A program made the translations under genes and the position numbers. The notes beneath the pieces were generated by a model that had not been told where the DNA came from, ran no database searches, and worked only from the letters and a program-made list of their open reading frames with translations. This document shows positions 24,715 through 37,084 of a DNA stretch of 64,000 bases, in pieces (the stretch's first letter is position 1; every line of letters starts with the position of its first letter). Origin of the DNA: Octopus vulgaris (taxonomy: Eukaryota); contig OX597839.1 in assembly GCA_951406725.2 (NCBI GenBank), positions 17,298,001 through 17,362,000 on the forward strand, in the 5' to 3' direction.

Positions 24715-25101
24715 GCATGTGTATATTATGGAAAAAATGACTCCTAATTCATTAGCATAGATTGTGAAAGAAAAATAAATAAATTACAAATTACTATGAA
24801 GTCTTTGTATAAGTAATTTTATTTCAAAAATTTCCTCGTGAATTGTTGTCTAGAGACTTATTCTCTGTTTTTCAATACCAAATATTATGGAAATTATTTC
24901 TAATTACCACTAAAATTCTAATTGATTTGCGCTTTCACTTATGTAAAAATTCAGTTAGTGATTCAGTTGATTTCACTTGATTCTGTTAAAGATATATCAT
25001 CATAATGCTGTAAATGCTTTTTACTGAGATTGTCTTTTTTTTTAAGTGTGTGGATAAATAGTAAACAGAGAAATGTTGCTTCTCTCTCTCTGTTGATCAG
25101 T

Positions 25102-25925
25102 TTAACCCTTAAACATTTAGATTACTCTGTCAAATGTGGAATTGGAAGCACTCCGTCGGTTACGACGACGAGGGTTCCGGTTGATCCGAATCAACGGAAC
25201 AGCTTGCTCGTGAAATTAACATGTAAGTGGCTGAGCACTCCACAGACATGTGTACCCTTAACGTAGTTCTCGGGGATATTCAGCGTGACACAGAGAGTGA
25301 CAAGGCCGGCCCTTTGAAATACAGGTACAACAGAAACAGGAAGTAAGAGTGAGAGAAAGTTGTGGTGAAAGAGTACAGCAGGGATCACCACCATCCCCTG
25401 CCGGAACCTCGTGGAGCTTTAGGTGTTTTCGCTCAATAAACACTCACAACGCCCGGTCTGGGAATCGAAACCGCGATCCTATGACCGCGAGTCCGCTGCC
25501 CTAACCACTGGGCCATTGCGCCTCCACACTGTCAAATGTAATGCTTATTTATTCACATTGTTTTGAATTAATCATGCATTATCTCATAGCTTTGGGATTT
25601 TGATGATGTAATTGTTTAGTTTTAAAATGGCATTGTAAAGTTGCTGTGAGTTGTTGAATCTGGTTAGTTTGAACATAAAACAGATAGAATATTTGGGCCA
25701 GATGTCGCTGGTTTAAATGCTTAATGGTCAATCCATTAGTATTCAGATTACTCTGTCAAATATAATACATTATCTCATAGCTTCAAGATTCCCATGATGT
25801 GATTGTTTATTTTTGGAATGGCATCGTATGGTAAGGGTGACAGACCAGGTCTGGTCAGTGTGAACATAAAATGAGTAGAATAATATTTGGCTCAGACATG
25901 GTCAGTTTAAATGCTAAAGAGTCAA
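25102..25925 (+). mobile_element. Two tandem piggyBac-like MITEs, the first interrupted by a SINE
   Basis: TTAA-CCCTTAAACATT start at 25102, shared T(C)AA junction at 25728-25731, AATGCTAAAGAG-TCAA end at 25925. Both units begin AGATTACTCTGTCAAAT. Confidence 0.65.
25138..25528 (-). mobile_element. Young tRNA-derived SINE family C with tail type 2, 11-bp TSD
   Basis: A box TGGCCCAGTGG and B box GTTTCGATTCC. CTGTCAAATGT occurs at 25127-25137 and 25529-25539. CpG-rich. Confidence 0.92.
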
Positions 25926-26005
25926 GGTTGTCAAGAGGCATACATGTCACTACCTTCTATATATCTGAGCAACTGTAAAAGCTTTAATCCATCTCCCTTT
26001 CACCA

Positions 26006-26046
26006 TGTGTTCTGATGAAGAATTCATGATCCGAAATATCAAAATA
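26006..26046 (+). ncRNA. Degenerate minimal hammerhead-like motif (Penelope-like remnant)
   Basis: TGTGTT-CTGATGA-AGAATTCATGATCC-GAAA-TAT-C-AAAATA, with palindromic ATAT stem III and imperfect stems I and II. Confidence 0.4.
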
Positions 26047-26534
26047 TAAGGTAAAACTGTTACTTAGTCTTCTCTTTGTAGTCCACTTGTATTTTATTTC
26101 ACATTGTTTCAGTCGGAAAAAGTTTTTATCTAGTGAACATTTGTCTATATTTGTATGAATGGACAGAAAACAGACAAATGGCTTAGATATTTACTTCAAG
26201 TTCATGAGAACCTGGTGCCATCTTGGATATGTGTCTTTTACCTATGACCTTTAGTCGACCTGTACCTTGTGAGTGAAACTGGGTTGAGAAAATTGTGAAG
26301 AAACCTGTCAGATGGATTGAATCTGTATTTTTGAAAGTTCAGTGCTAATACACATTGTGTCATTGTTTATATCTTACTTCTTTTAGTCATTGACTGTGGC
26401 CATGCTGGAGCCTTATTTTAAAGTCTGATACATATTCAATCAGTCTTTTTAGATAAGTTAGTAAGTTACAGAGGTGTAAATAAATCAACATTAGTTTTCT
26501 AGTGATGGTGGTGGCGGGACACACATATACACAC

Positions 26535-26590
<56 letters not shown>

Positions 26591-28129
26591 TCCCAGACAG
26601 TTTCTGTCTACCAAATTCACTCATATAGCACTGGCTGGCTCAAAGCTATGGTAAAAGGAACTTGCCAAAGGTGCTATGCAGTGGGATTGAGATTTGCAAA
26701 ACAAGCTTCATAACCACATAGACATACCTGCAGTGTGTTGATTTTGCTTGAGAATTGCGTTATGGGCACCTCTGTCTGTGAAATACTCAGCCACTTATAC
26801 ATTAATTGAATGAGCAAGTAATTCATTTGACTGAACAACTGAAAACTCATCATTGAAAAACTATGAGTGGGTGTGTTTATGTGTGTCTGAGTGTTGCAAG
26901 TTACTTGGTGACCTCACTAGTACCAGTGTCATGTAAAAAAGCACACTGTACACTGTTAAAGAATCTAGGTGAAGAAACCATGCCATAAAAGTATTGGAGC
27001 TTGGAGTAGTCCTCTGTTAAGCTGTCCAACCCTTGTTAACATGAAGACAGACATTAAATTATGATAATGATGAATACAATGAAGATGTCTGAAAAGAACA
27101 ATGATAATATCATGGCTGAAATATCTTAAATCATAGTTTTGCTTGATCAGCACTGGTCTGTTGTTGAAGCATCATCAACATTTTATTCTTAACAGCAAAT
27201 GATAAAGTTACTATAACAATTAAGCAGCTGTTCAACTGAAACCATTTATAAAATATTTTAGTGAATAAAGATGCAATTTTCTGCACTACTACTCTCATCT
27301 GTGGAGCATATATTTACAATTTATATTTACAGTTGTATTATTATAAAACTAAATATTTACAATTTATATTTACAATATTTACATTGACACAATGTTTCCA
27401 TCAGTTTGATGTCATTTTTGAATATGTACATGCACATATTCTGTGAATTAAAGTAAGAGACTTTATTTCTAAACTTAGAAATAAATGCATGGTGTGCTCT
27501 GGTGGCTAGTTATTGTAAGGGAGATAATCCTTTCTAGAGCAATCGTAGCTGGATTAGAAGTTTGAATTTTAAATCAGAGAAACATAAAGTATGTATAGAA
27601 TATACATGTTTAATATATTATTGATGTCATAAAGATTTTTAAATTTTCAAGAAAGCATGAAATAATTCTTTTTTTTTGAACTGTGAATCTCAAAGCACAC
27701 AGATTAATAAATAATAAATATATGCTATTATTTATAGCTTTATGTCACTTTGAGAGTCACTTTGAGAGTCACTGTTCCAGAAAGAAATATTTAATATAGA
27801 TCTTTTCCTTGATCATTACAAATATCTTAAAATTTCTAGTCATAGATAAATATGTATAGTACTATTCCATTCTTTTTTGTAATCATCAGCCTGATAACCT
27901 GAGAAATAAAATTACGTTGCATTAAACATTTTATGAAGTGAAATATTTCTTATTGATAGAAAATGATTTCAGTTTAGAAGTCGTTCATAGAATGTGCATT
28001 TTCTGTTGTTGTTTTTCCGTCTTTATAAAGAAGGAAGTGTAAGTCAGATATAATAAATATTGTGTGAATATAATCGAAAAATCAGATTTTTAATGGTTGT
28101 CTCTTGAGCTGAGAAAGACAGTTATGTAG

Positions 28130-28360
28130 TATTTTGCAGAACAACCTTCACAGATAATTTGTTTATGGTGATCAAATGTTTGTACTGTACATCAACTCAC
28201 TTCCTCCATCAATTCAATATCACCTATAAAGATACACAGTGTTACATGTCAGATGTCAAATTGATCCCAGAGCAATCTTTGATGAATACAACACATTGCC
28301 TTGTCCGGGAATTGAAACCACGATCTGGTGTTTGTGAGTGCAATGTCCTAACCACTAGTT
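28130..28360 (-). mobile_element. SINE family D-like with tail type 4
   Basis: Shares TTTGTTTAT.GTGATCAAATGTTTGTA.CTGTACAT.AACTCAC with 52110-52365. Confidence 0.6.
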
Positions 28361-28579
28361 GACTCCTCTGAAAGAGCAGATTAAGCCTTCACTATCACAT
28401 TTCTGTTGACAGCAATATATCTCAGAGGTTTTGACATTTTATTTAATGCACAAAACATCCAATAATACTTGAATAACCATGAGTCGTAGTTAACTAATAA
28501 AACTGACAAATCGTAATACACACACACATCACTTTCAACCAGGCAATTAGATACTTTTATATATTACTGGTGACAATAC

Positions 28580-28900
28580 ATTTCCGATTCTTTCTTGATT
28601 GCACCTATTTTTTCCATCTTGTCCCAAATCACATAACTAAATCAGCTTTCTATCATCAAAGAAGCCTTCTGAGTGGCCATTTTTCAATCCTTTGGATACC
28701 ACTCAGCAACTGCATAGGTCTACCTGTTGTCTGTGAACCCTGCAACATGTCTGGCTGAGTGGAACTTATGTTTTCAGCATTCTACAATGACATCATTCAC
28801 TTCACTCTGTTCTCAAATTATTTCATTTTGAATATGTTCATGTAATAGTATTCCTAGCATGAATCTTCTCATGGCCCTTTGCATCATAGCCTATCATGTT
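28580..28900 (-). mobile_element. RTE LINE C-terminal remnant
   Basis: Minus strand reads RAMRRFMLGILLHEHIQNE...ARHVAGFTDNR...EWYPKD, like RTE AMERxMLG...WAGHVAR...EWxP. Confidence 0.6.
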
Positions 28901-30159
28901 TGTCTCTCTTCATAATAGACCACATCTCACTTGAGTGTAAGCTAGGATGGTGCTATTAATAATGTTTTTAGTGTAGAGCATAATGCAATTTTATTCTGCT
29001 TATGCAGTACCACTGCAAAGCAGCAGATTGTTTATTCACTATATGTATGTATTTCAGACAAGTGGATTTGATTTTGATTTAGAAGTGACATGAATATGCA
29101 ACATTGATAAACCACAATTATGGCAAAATACTGTATCTGTTACTCTTGTAATCACCACTAGGGTGATTTTGTTTCACCTAGATCTGAAGTATAATGTGTA
29201 TTTTAACATTATAATATATCTTTAAATGGATATTTCTTGGATAAAAAACCAGTTTCTAACATTTAGAGAAAAATCCAGAATTTAGTGTTAAATTTGCCTT
29301 CCATACATTTTAATTGATTAATTACATTTTTCATTTTACAGTTGATTCTAGGGTTACAGTTGACTCTAGGATTATACAATATAATTTCTATCTACATGTA
29401 TGTAGTCCTATCAGAAGGATATATTCTGCATATCTGTGACTTCATGGATTTTCGTGGTTTTTCAACTACTTTAATTCTAAGTTAAGCATCACTCATAGAT
29501 TTTCCAAATCTAAGGGCTAATTCTCCTGTTAGTCTAGCATCAAAAACTTTATCTCTTGGAACTAGTCAATATTACATCATGTGTTTACCTTATCTATCTT
29601 CTTACTAATGCTTTGTAGCTATTTCATAATTTGTTTCAATACCAAGAGTGAGTTCCATAAAATTCTTTTTATATTCTCTAATTTTTCTTTGCCTCCTTGC
29701 ACACCTTGATTCTGACTCTCTGGTTGTTTCCTGAGAACTGCACGAGGCACATTAAGTCCTGTGCATGTTTCCTTACTTCACCAGGTTTGTACAAGCGGAT
29801 ATGTTTGACTATATTAATCTTAATATTACGTGATAAAGCTGTAATTCCCGTGAACTATATACTTAGAAACTATGGATTTCACATAATATGTATTGAGGAG
29901 TTGTACTTTGTTGTCTATAGTCTCTAGCCAAAGTTCAATAACAAGGACAGAGTGTCTCTCATTAGGATGTATAATAGTCTATTGTCACTTTAAACTTTGG
30001 TGGATGGAGTTAACTATCTGCTGGATGCTCTCCATGGCAGTCTTTCCAAGTTCATAAGCGTGACTTTGTGGAGTTGCTTTAATTATGACATATCATCTAC
30101 ATACCTACAGTATAGTTTTTAGATACTTTTCTTCCAAAGATTATCTATCTATTTCTCTC

Positions 30160-30200
<41 letters not shown>

Positions 30201-30927
30201 AAGGGGAGAGGGAGAGAGAGAAACGATATATATATATGCATTCATTTATTTCACTTTTATTCAGTTCATACTCCACACACACACTCATGCTAAAATGAAA
30301 TTTTGATTGAAATAAAAATTTAAAAAAATAACAATTAATAAATAAAATAAAGATGAAACAAACATAAATATAAAAATTTTGAAAAAGATTTTAAAAAAAT
30401 ATTCATAATCATTGAACTTTTTTAATTAATCATACAGCAAATATATGAGACATTTTTAAATTGCAAGCTTCTATCTAATGAAACACAAATGAATATTTTT
30501 ATGTTTGGAATTATTATTTAAGAGGGGCAACAAGGAGGAAGAAAATAAAGGCATTTTCAAAATAGATTGTCTATTGAGTCCACTCCTCTTTTAAGCTTCT
30601 CTTTTTATTATTATTATTATTATATATTTTTTCATTTTACCTTAATTTCTTAATGGATTTAGATGGATTTTATGATATAATTTGAAAAGTATGCATTATT
30701 TTAGGCTTTGATAAACTACTTAAAAACTAGTATTTGACAACTACCTTTAACTAAAGAGATTATTTATAAAAATGTTATCTAGTTGTGCAAATTATAAAAT
30801 ATATTCAATAAAATACATTGAAATTTAATTAAAAATATTTTTTCATTATTAAAACTGAATTGCTTTTGATAATTTTCAATGATAAAAATTCATAGAGCAT
30901 ATTTCTGTATCATTTATAAATCAACCT

Positions 30928-31087
30928 GATGATGATGATGATGATGGTAGCAGTGGTGGTGATGATGGTGATGATCATGATGGTGGTGGTGGTAGTAATG
31001 GTCTTGATGATAGTGTTGATATTAGTTGTGATAGTTATGGTGGTGGTAGGGGTACTTGTAGTGGTGGTGATAGTGGTGATGATGATG
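30928..31087. repeat. Degenerate (GAT/GGT)n trinucleotide tract
   Basis: Direct inspection. Confidence 0.9.
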
Positions 31088-31241
31088 TTTAATTCAACTA
31101 ACTTACTTTAAAATTAAAATGTACAGACTAATTTTGTTTTATATATATTTATTTATTCCTCTTACTTGAGTCAATGTTAAATTGCGACAGTGGTTTCCCA
31201 GTGTAGTAGGTCTGTCAACCAACCAAATTTCAAAATGTTCA

Positions 31242-31635
31242 TAGGCACAGGTGTAACTGTGTGGTTAAGAAGCTTGCTTCCCAATCTTGTGAAGTTGGGT
31301 TCTATCCCACTGCGTGGCACTTTGGGCAAATGTCTTCCCTTATAGCTCTGGGCTGATCAAAGTCTTGTGAGTGGATTTGGTTGATGGATACTGAAAAAAG
31401 CCTGTCATATACCTGTGTACATATATATATGTGTGCATCTTTGTGTTTGTCCCCCAACACCACTTGTCAACTGGTGCTGGTTTGTTTACATTCCCATAAC
31501 TTAGTGTTTCAGCAAAAGAGACCAATAGAATAAGTACTAGCTATAAAAAACTAAGTACTGGGTTTGATTTGTTGAACAAAACCCTTCAAGGTTGTGCCAT
31601 AGCATGACTGCAGTCAAATCACTGAAATAGGTAAA
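31242..31635 (+). mobile_element. Full-length SINE family A
   Basis: Colinear with the reverse complement of 16279-16730. Confidence 0.8.
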
Positions 31636-32759
31636 CAATATAAGATTACAACAGCTGCTAATAGGCATGAATACCGTTCTGTTTTAGATAATCTTTTCCT
31701 CCCTAAGTTAGAGTATGTTAAGCAAGGAGTCAGTTGAATGACTGAGTTCAACCCACAAATCTGTTGTTCTGGATTGACCATGCTTAGTGTTTGAAGGGTC
31801 TTCTTGCTAATATTTATATCATTCACCCATATCCATAGGCCAAAGAATTTACACACACATATATACAGGCACATACACATGCTCACGCATAAATATATAT
31901 ATATGCACACACACATATATATGTACATATATATGCACACAAACACACACCTACACTTGACCAGCAAATGCAGATTTGCTACTTGTAAAAAAACTAGGTT
32001 GTTTTTACATGAGATAATTAGTAATTTACAAATTGTTTGCCTTGAAAAAGGGGATTGAATCTATTCAAGTACCATATTTGATGGCATTTATGATGCACTT
32101 GTTTTCCAAAAGAAAGTTCCATAAAAGCCATCAAGTCCTATAGGCAAAGTTGAGCCTCCCAAAAGCTTTAATATACTGAAGCTGTTTTTTTTTTGTCTGC
32201 ATAAGTGCTGTTGAAATTGATTAGGATCCATCTAATATGTCTTTGCATCTTTTATGCCTTCAAATATGATATATACTGTACATAAATAAATTTTGTGTAG
32301 ATTTTTAAGTAGCTTCTCTTTATGTTTGTATGGCTTAGAGAAAGAAGAGCAAAATTCATGACCTTATTGTAGAGCTACAATGAGAGACAGAAGGAATGTG
32401 GACTAGTGATTCAGGCATTGCATTAAAACTGCAAGATCATCATTTTGCTCAACAGGCCAGGTGGTGCATTGTGTTCTTGAGTTCCTTTCATATTGCTCCA
32501 GTTCACATAGCTATCAATAAGTAACTTTAATAGGCTGGCCTCCTATTTAGAGTGAATGTTGTGATCTCAGCCACTATGGAAACTGGGTAACCAGTGCTAT
32601 GAGTACTAGGACTTGAGACAGTAATATTCAGGGGTTGATGAGGATGTAAGAGGTAGGAAGTTATTCTCAGTAAGGTGACTTGACAGAAATACTTGCTGCA
32701 AGCAACTAAAAAAAGCCATCCGATGAGCAGATAATAGTGTTGGATAAACTAGGTGACAG

Positions 32760-33300
32760 ATAATTTCTACCCACAAAATTTTGCTTGCAAGGCTTCAGTC
32801 AACCCAGGCTATAGTAGAAGACACATGCCTATAGCACAGCATAAGATGACTGAACTTGAAAACCTATAGCTGCAAGTAAACTTCTTAACAATGCAATCAT
32901 GCCCATAATAATTTTTTCCCCCTTTTTTGCTTGTTTCAGTCATTGAACTGCAGCCATACTTGGGCACTACCTTAGAAGGTTTAGTTGAACAAATTGACAC
33001 CAGCACTTATTTTTTCAAGTCTGGTACTTATTCTATTGGTCACTTTTTCTGAACTGATGAGTTACAGGAACATAAGTGAACCAATGCTTATTGTCAAATG
33101 GCATGAGAGGGACACACACACAATATATATATATATATAATTACACACAACAGTCTTCCACACAGTTTTTCTCTACCAAATTCACTCACAAGGCATTGAC
33201 CAACCTAGGGCTGTAGTAGAAAACACTTGCCCAAGGTGCTGCACAGTAGGACTGAACCCAAAACCAGATGGCTGGAAAACTAGTTTCTTAACCACACCTA
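32760..33300 (-). mobile_element. SINE A 5' half followed by a full-length SINE A
   Basis: CTATAGTAGAAGACAC at about 32810. The full copy spans about 32925-33300. Confidence 0.7.
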
Positions 33301-34339
33301 TCTACTATCAAATAATCATTTCTGAACCCTTAAAACAACTTTCTTCCCTCAGTATTTCTTTGAGAGTAATAATTCCCATCAACTATCGCAAGTTCTTTCT
33401 TTGGTTCATCACAACCAAATAGTTATAGATAACCATAATGGAACAATGCTGTCTATCAGATTTCATGCTTGTTCTGAAAATTCTGTAGCATATTCTGGTT
33501 TTATTTTTGTCTAACTATAAAGGGTTCATATATAGTCAATTAATTGAACCTATTCTCCTTTGATTAGACAAGTAAAGTGGCCTAATCTAGCTACCCGATA
33601 AAAAATTTTCAGAAGGCTAAAAAAATATTTTTTCCTTTGAAAGTGGTTATTGTGGTTGTCTACTGAAGAATGAGAAAATATATACAGACAGCAAAAGAAC
33701 TATGAAGGAAAATAAAATGGTAAGCAGTGTGGAAGAGGAATAAAATTGATATGATTAATATATTTCTCCTTCATGTGTCTGTTGGTTTGGTATTGGAAAA
33801 GGGAGTGGGTTGAAGAAAATTTCAAAGAGGTGCTGCTTTAGATAAGAAAACATGACAACATCAATGTGATGCTTTGAACAGTATTGGAATGGTGCCAGCA
33901 AATTTTACAGAGCAGAAAATGTTGCAGTAATTGTTGAAGAAGTAAAAGAAAAACTTTAGAATTAACATTAGCTAGAGGGTAGATTTTTATCAGTAAAGGA
34001 GTGTCCAACAGATGGCACCCCCACTACCTTTATAGTATTAATTTTATAGCCTGTCCTGTTGTGTCTGCTGATGAAGCTTGTATCTTCTCCATCATGCCTT
34101 ACTTCTATTTGCTTATTTTACATCAATACGTGGTGTCTAATGAAAATTCAGTACCATTAGGAACAACTTGTGCTTTTGCAAACCAGTTTTATGTTTTTCT
34201 ATGTTCTAGTGAGGAGAAAGGAGTAGTGTACATAACTTTAAAAATCCTCCAAGCCTGGGAAAATCAATGTTGTTTGTTGTTTACATCATAAGAATTTAGA
34301 AACTTTGAGAGAACATAAAATAAAGCTACAAATAAATCC

Positions 34340-34760
34340 TTCTGCTATAGGTGCATGGCCCGAAATTTTGGTGTGAGGGCAGGCTACTTGATTACATTAT
34401 CCCTAGTGAATGATTGGCACTCAGTTTATTGGCCCTGAAAGGAGGAAAAGCAAAGTTGACCTCATATATAATAATTATTTCAAATTTTTAGTATGAGGCC
34501 AACAATTTCGAGGGGAGAGAGGCAGGTTGATTACATCTCTCCCAGTACTTGTTTGAGACTTATCTTATTGACCTTGAAAGGATGAAAGGCAAAGTCAGTT
34601 TCAGTGGAATTTGGACTGTTAGTTATTTTATTAACCTTGAAAGAATGAAAGGCAAAATCAACTTAACCTGAATTTGAATTCAGAACGTAAAACTGGAAGA
34701 ACTGCTACCTAGCAATTTGTCTAATGTGCTAATCGTTATGCCTGCTCAATACATTAGCTA
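34340..34760 (-). mobile_element. Cluster of SINE B fragments in tandem
   Basis: Repeated TTGATTACAT...CCC.AGT...CCTTGAAAGGATGAAAGGCAAA blocks. Confidence 0.65.
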
Positions 34761-35663
34761 AAGCTATAGATAATAGCATGTAAATATTAGACTTTAAAAA
34801 AACCCAATATTTACATGCTTTTTTAATGTTGTTTATGTTCTGCTTCAGCGGCTGTAAGTCAACACCTGCAAGAAAATCATGGTGAAGGAGAGAATTTCAG
34901 GGGAATAGTTTACTGTCACTGGAGGGTAGGATTGAGTGCAGTTGTTGATATTGTGGCTTGAAAGAATGATGAGACACAGTAGGATAATGAAAGGAGAAGA
35001 GACAATTACTACATTGGTTAGGTCTGGATGAAAATATTATCTTTTATCCTTTCAGTTAGGGGATTATTGTCATGCTGGGGCACTACCTTGAAGAGTTTAA
35101 GTCAAACAAATCGACCCCAGTTCTTATTTTGAAGTTGACCATTCTCTTTTGCTGGACTGCTTAGTTATGAAGACATAAACAAACAAATACTGGTTGTCAA
35201 GTGGTGGTTGTTGGGCACAAACAAAGACACATATACTCATATACAACAAGCTTCCCTACAGTTCCTGCTTCCAAATTTACTCGCAAGGCATTGGTCAACC
35301 TGAGGAAAGTGTAGAAGACACTTGCCCATGATGTTGCACTGTGGAGCTGAACCCAAAACCACATAATTGCAAGGTGAGCCTTTAACGACACAGCCATGCT
35401 TGTACTTATGTATGCAACTGACTGTTGAATAATTAGAAAGAGAGCGAGAAAGAGATGTGATAGTGCGGCTGTAGATTAGACAGTATAGTGTATTGTGAGT
35501 CTTTGTTAAACCATTCATTTTTTTTAATGTGTGTGATGGTGGGGGGCAAGAATGGCAAATAATGAGTTTTTTTCTTTGCTGCATAATTATCTCTACTTAG
35601 CTTATTTAGTGATGCCTTCATGAAATATGTTAATACTAACTTAATTATTGTCTTTTCATGCAG

Positions 35664-35719
35664 ATGGCTTCTGAGACTAATTTAATTCTCAGACCATTTC
35701 TATGCTTCTGTGCCAACAA
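35664..35719 (+). CDS. Candidate small exon
   Basis: Perfect branch point TACTAAC at 35634-35640 and acceptor TCTTTTCATGCAG. The only open frame is MASETNLILRPFLCFCAN. The donor AA/GTAGGC is weak. Confidence 0.22.
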
Positions 35720-35829
35720 GTAGGCTATTCTCATGAAAGTTAAACCAGAAGAGGTTTTCAAAAATTTTGAGAATGCCCAGGGAAAAAATCACTATGTACC
35801 TGTAAACATAAGTTGAAATGGTTCATTTT

Positions 35830-36688
35830 TGACCAGCCACCAGCAACAACTTCACATTTAGCAGCTTAGATCTGCTGCCACACAGACCCACTTGGGTTCC
35901 ATCCCAGGTGGCAACCCACAGACCCAAGCTCTTGTCAACTTCTTGTCAACAGGACTTTCTGGCCCTCCAGGGGCTGGCTCACAAACCTGCAAGCCCTTTC
36001 AGGGGTGTCAAACACCAACCACACTTGCATATTTGGCATCTCTGAAAATAAATTTTATGGTTGGCAGATACTCTGCCAACTTTTTCTCTATCTTAATTTT
36101 CTTGAAGATGGTGATGGTGTCAAGCAACTTTTAGTATGTCCTCAACCACACTGTCCTCTCTTCCAAGTCTTTCATCCACTCTTTGGGTGGGACAGTCTCC
36201 CACTTCAAAACAGTGTCTAGTTTCTTCGCCATGTTCTTTAGAAGACAAAAAAAGTTCAAAAGAAAGTCTCAAAAAGAGACAAAAAAAGAAGGAAAGAAAA
36301 CAGTTCAAGAACACGGCGACCACAATTTTCTGGCCAACTGGTACTCCTGGCCAACTTGTACTCCAAATAGCAACAGGAACACAGCAACCGGACCACAGCT
36401 CCACAAATTTCACCAATAATTGGTGAAAAAAATTCTACAATTTTTGGAGGTGGGATATGCCCCCAAAACAGCACACTTCTCACCGCTAAGTGAGACACTA
36501 AGCGCAACTACAGGCAAACAAATGCCTGGAATCCAGTAGAGATTTCTTGTTAAAAAAAAACAATAAATAAACACAAACAACAAACCCCTACTGAATTCCC
36601 AAAAGACAAATGCCTTACCTTGTAGTTGCGCTTCAGTAGTTCAATAATTCACGACGCCACACACCAGCATCATGACTCCTCTCAGTGT
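35830..36688 (-). mobile_element. 5' UTR and decayed ORF1 of a LINE (probably Tx1/L1-like)
   Basis: From ATG at 36232: MAKKLDTVLKWETVPPKEWMKDLEERTVWLRTY*KLLDTITIFKK...VFDTPERA...RAWVCGLPPGMEPKWV, with stops and frameshifts. About 450 bp of GC-richer leader lies upstream. Confidence 0.55.
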
Positions 36689-36691
36689 AAA

Positions 36692-36730
36692 GTAAGCAAG
36701 CTACTTACCACATGACCACTCCTGCACCTA
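36692..36730 (-). mobile_element. Isolated 5' tip of SINE family A abutting the LINE leader
   Basis: Minus strand GGTGCAGGAGTGGTCATGTGGTAAGTAGCTTGCTTAC matches the head of 16279-16730. Confidence 0.75.
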
Positions 36731-36868
36731 TATAGAAAATATTTTTCCTGAAAATGTCGCACATTTTTCGTTACACACATCACACTAGGTAAATGAGACT
36801 TGTGATCACAAACATTGTTTTCCATCAAACTCATTGGCATTTTTGGAAATTTCAGGATCAAGGCAAAC

Positions 36869-37084
36869 TAGTGGCTTTCAATTATTTTTTGCCTATGGAC
36901 CCCTTTTGTTCCTGTTTTACTCTACTGGCCCTTATGTTAAAAGCAATCTTATTATATTTTTATAATTAGATATTATTAGGAATTGTAGGGAAAATATTGT
37001 TAAAATATTTTGTGTTGTAAAAGCATATCCAATTTATTGTTTGTAACAACGAAATCTTGTATGGACTCTGGTTGAAAATCACTG
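36869..37084. mobile_element. hAT (Charlie-like) MITE
   Basis: Imperfect TIRs TAGTGGCTTTCAA and TTGAAAATCACTG. Confidence 0.5.

Noticed and set aside
30929-31111. Hydrophobic M/V ORF
   Set aside because: Degenerate GAT/GGT microsatellite.
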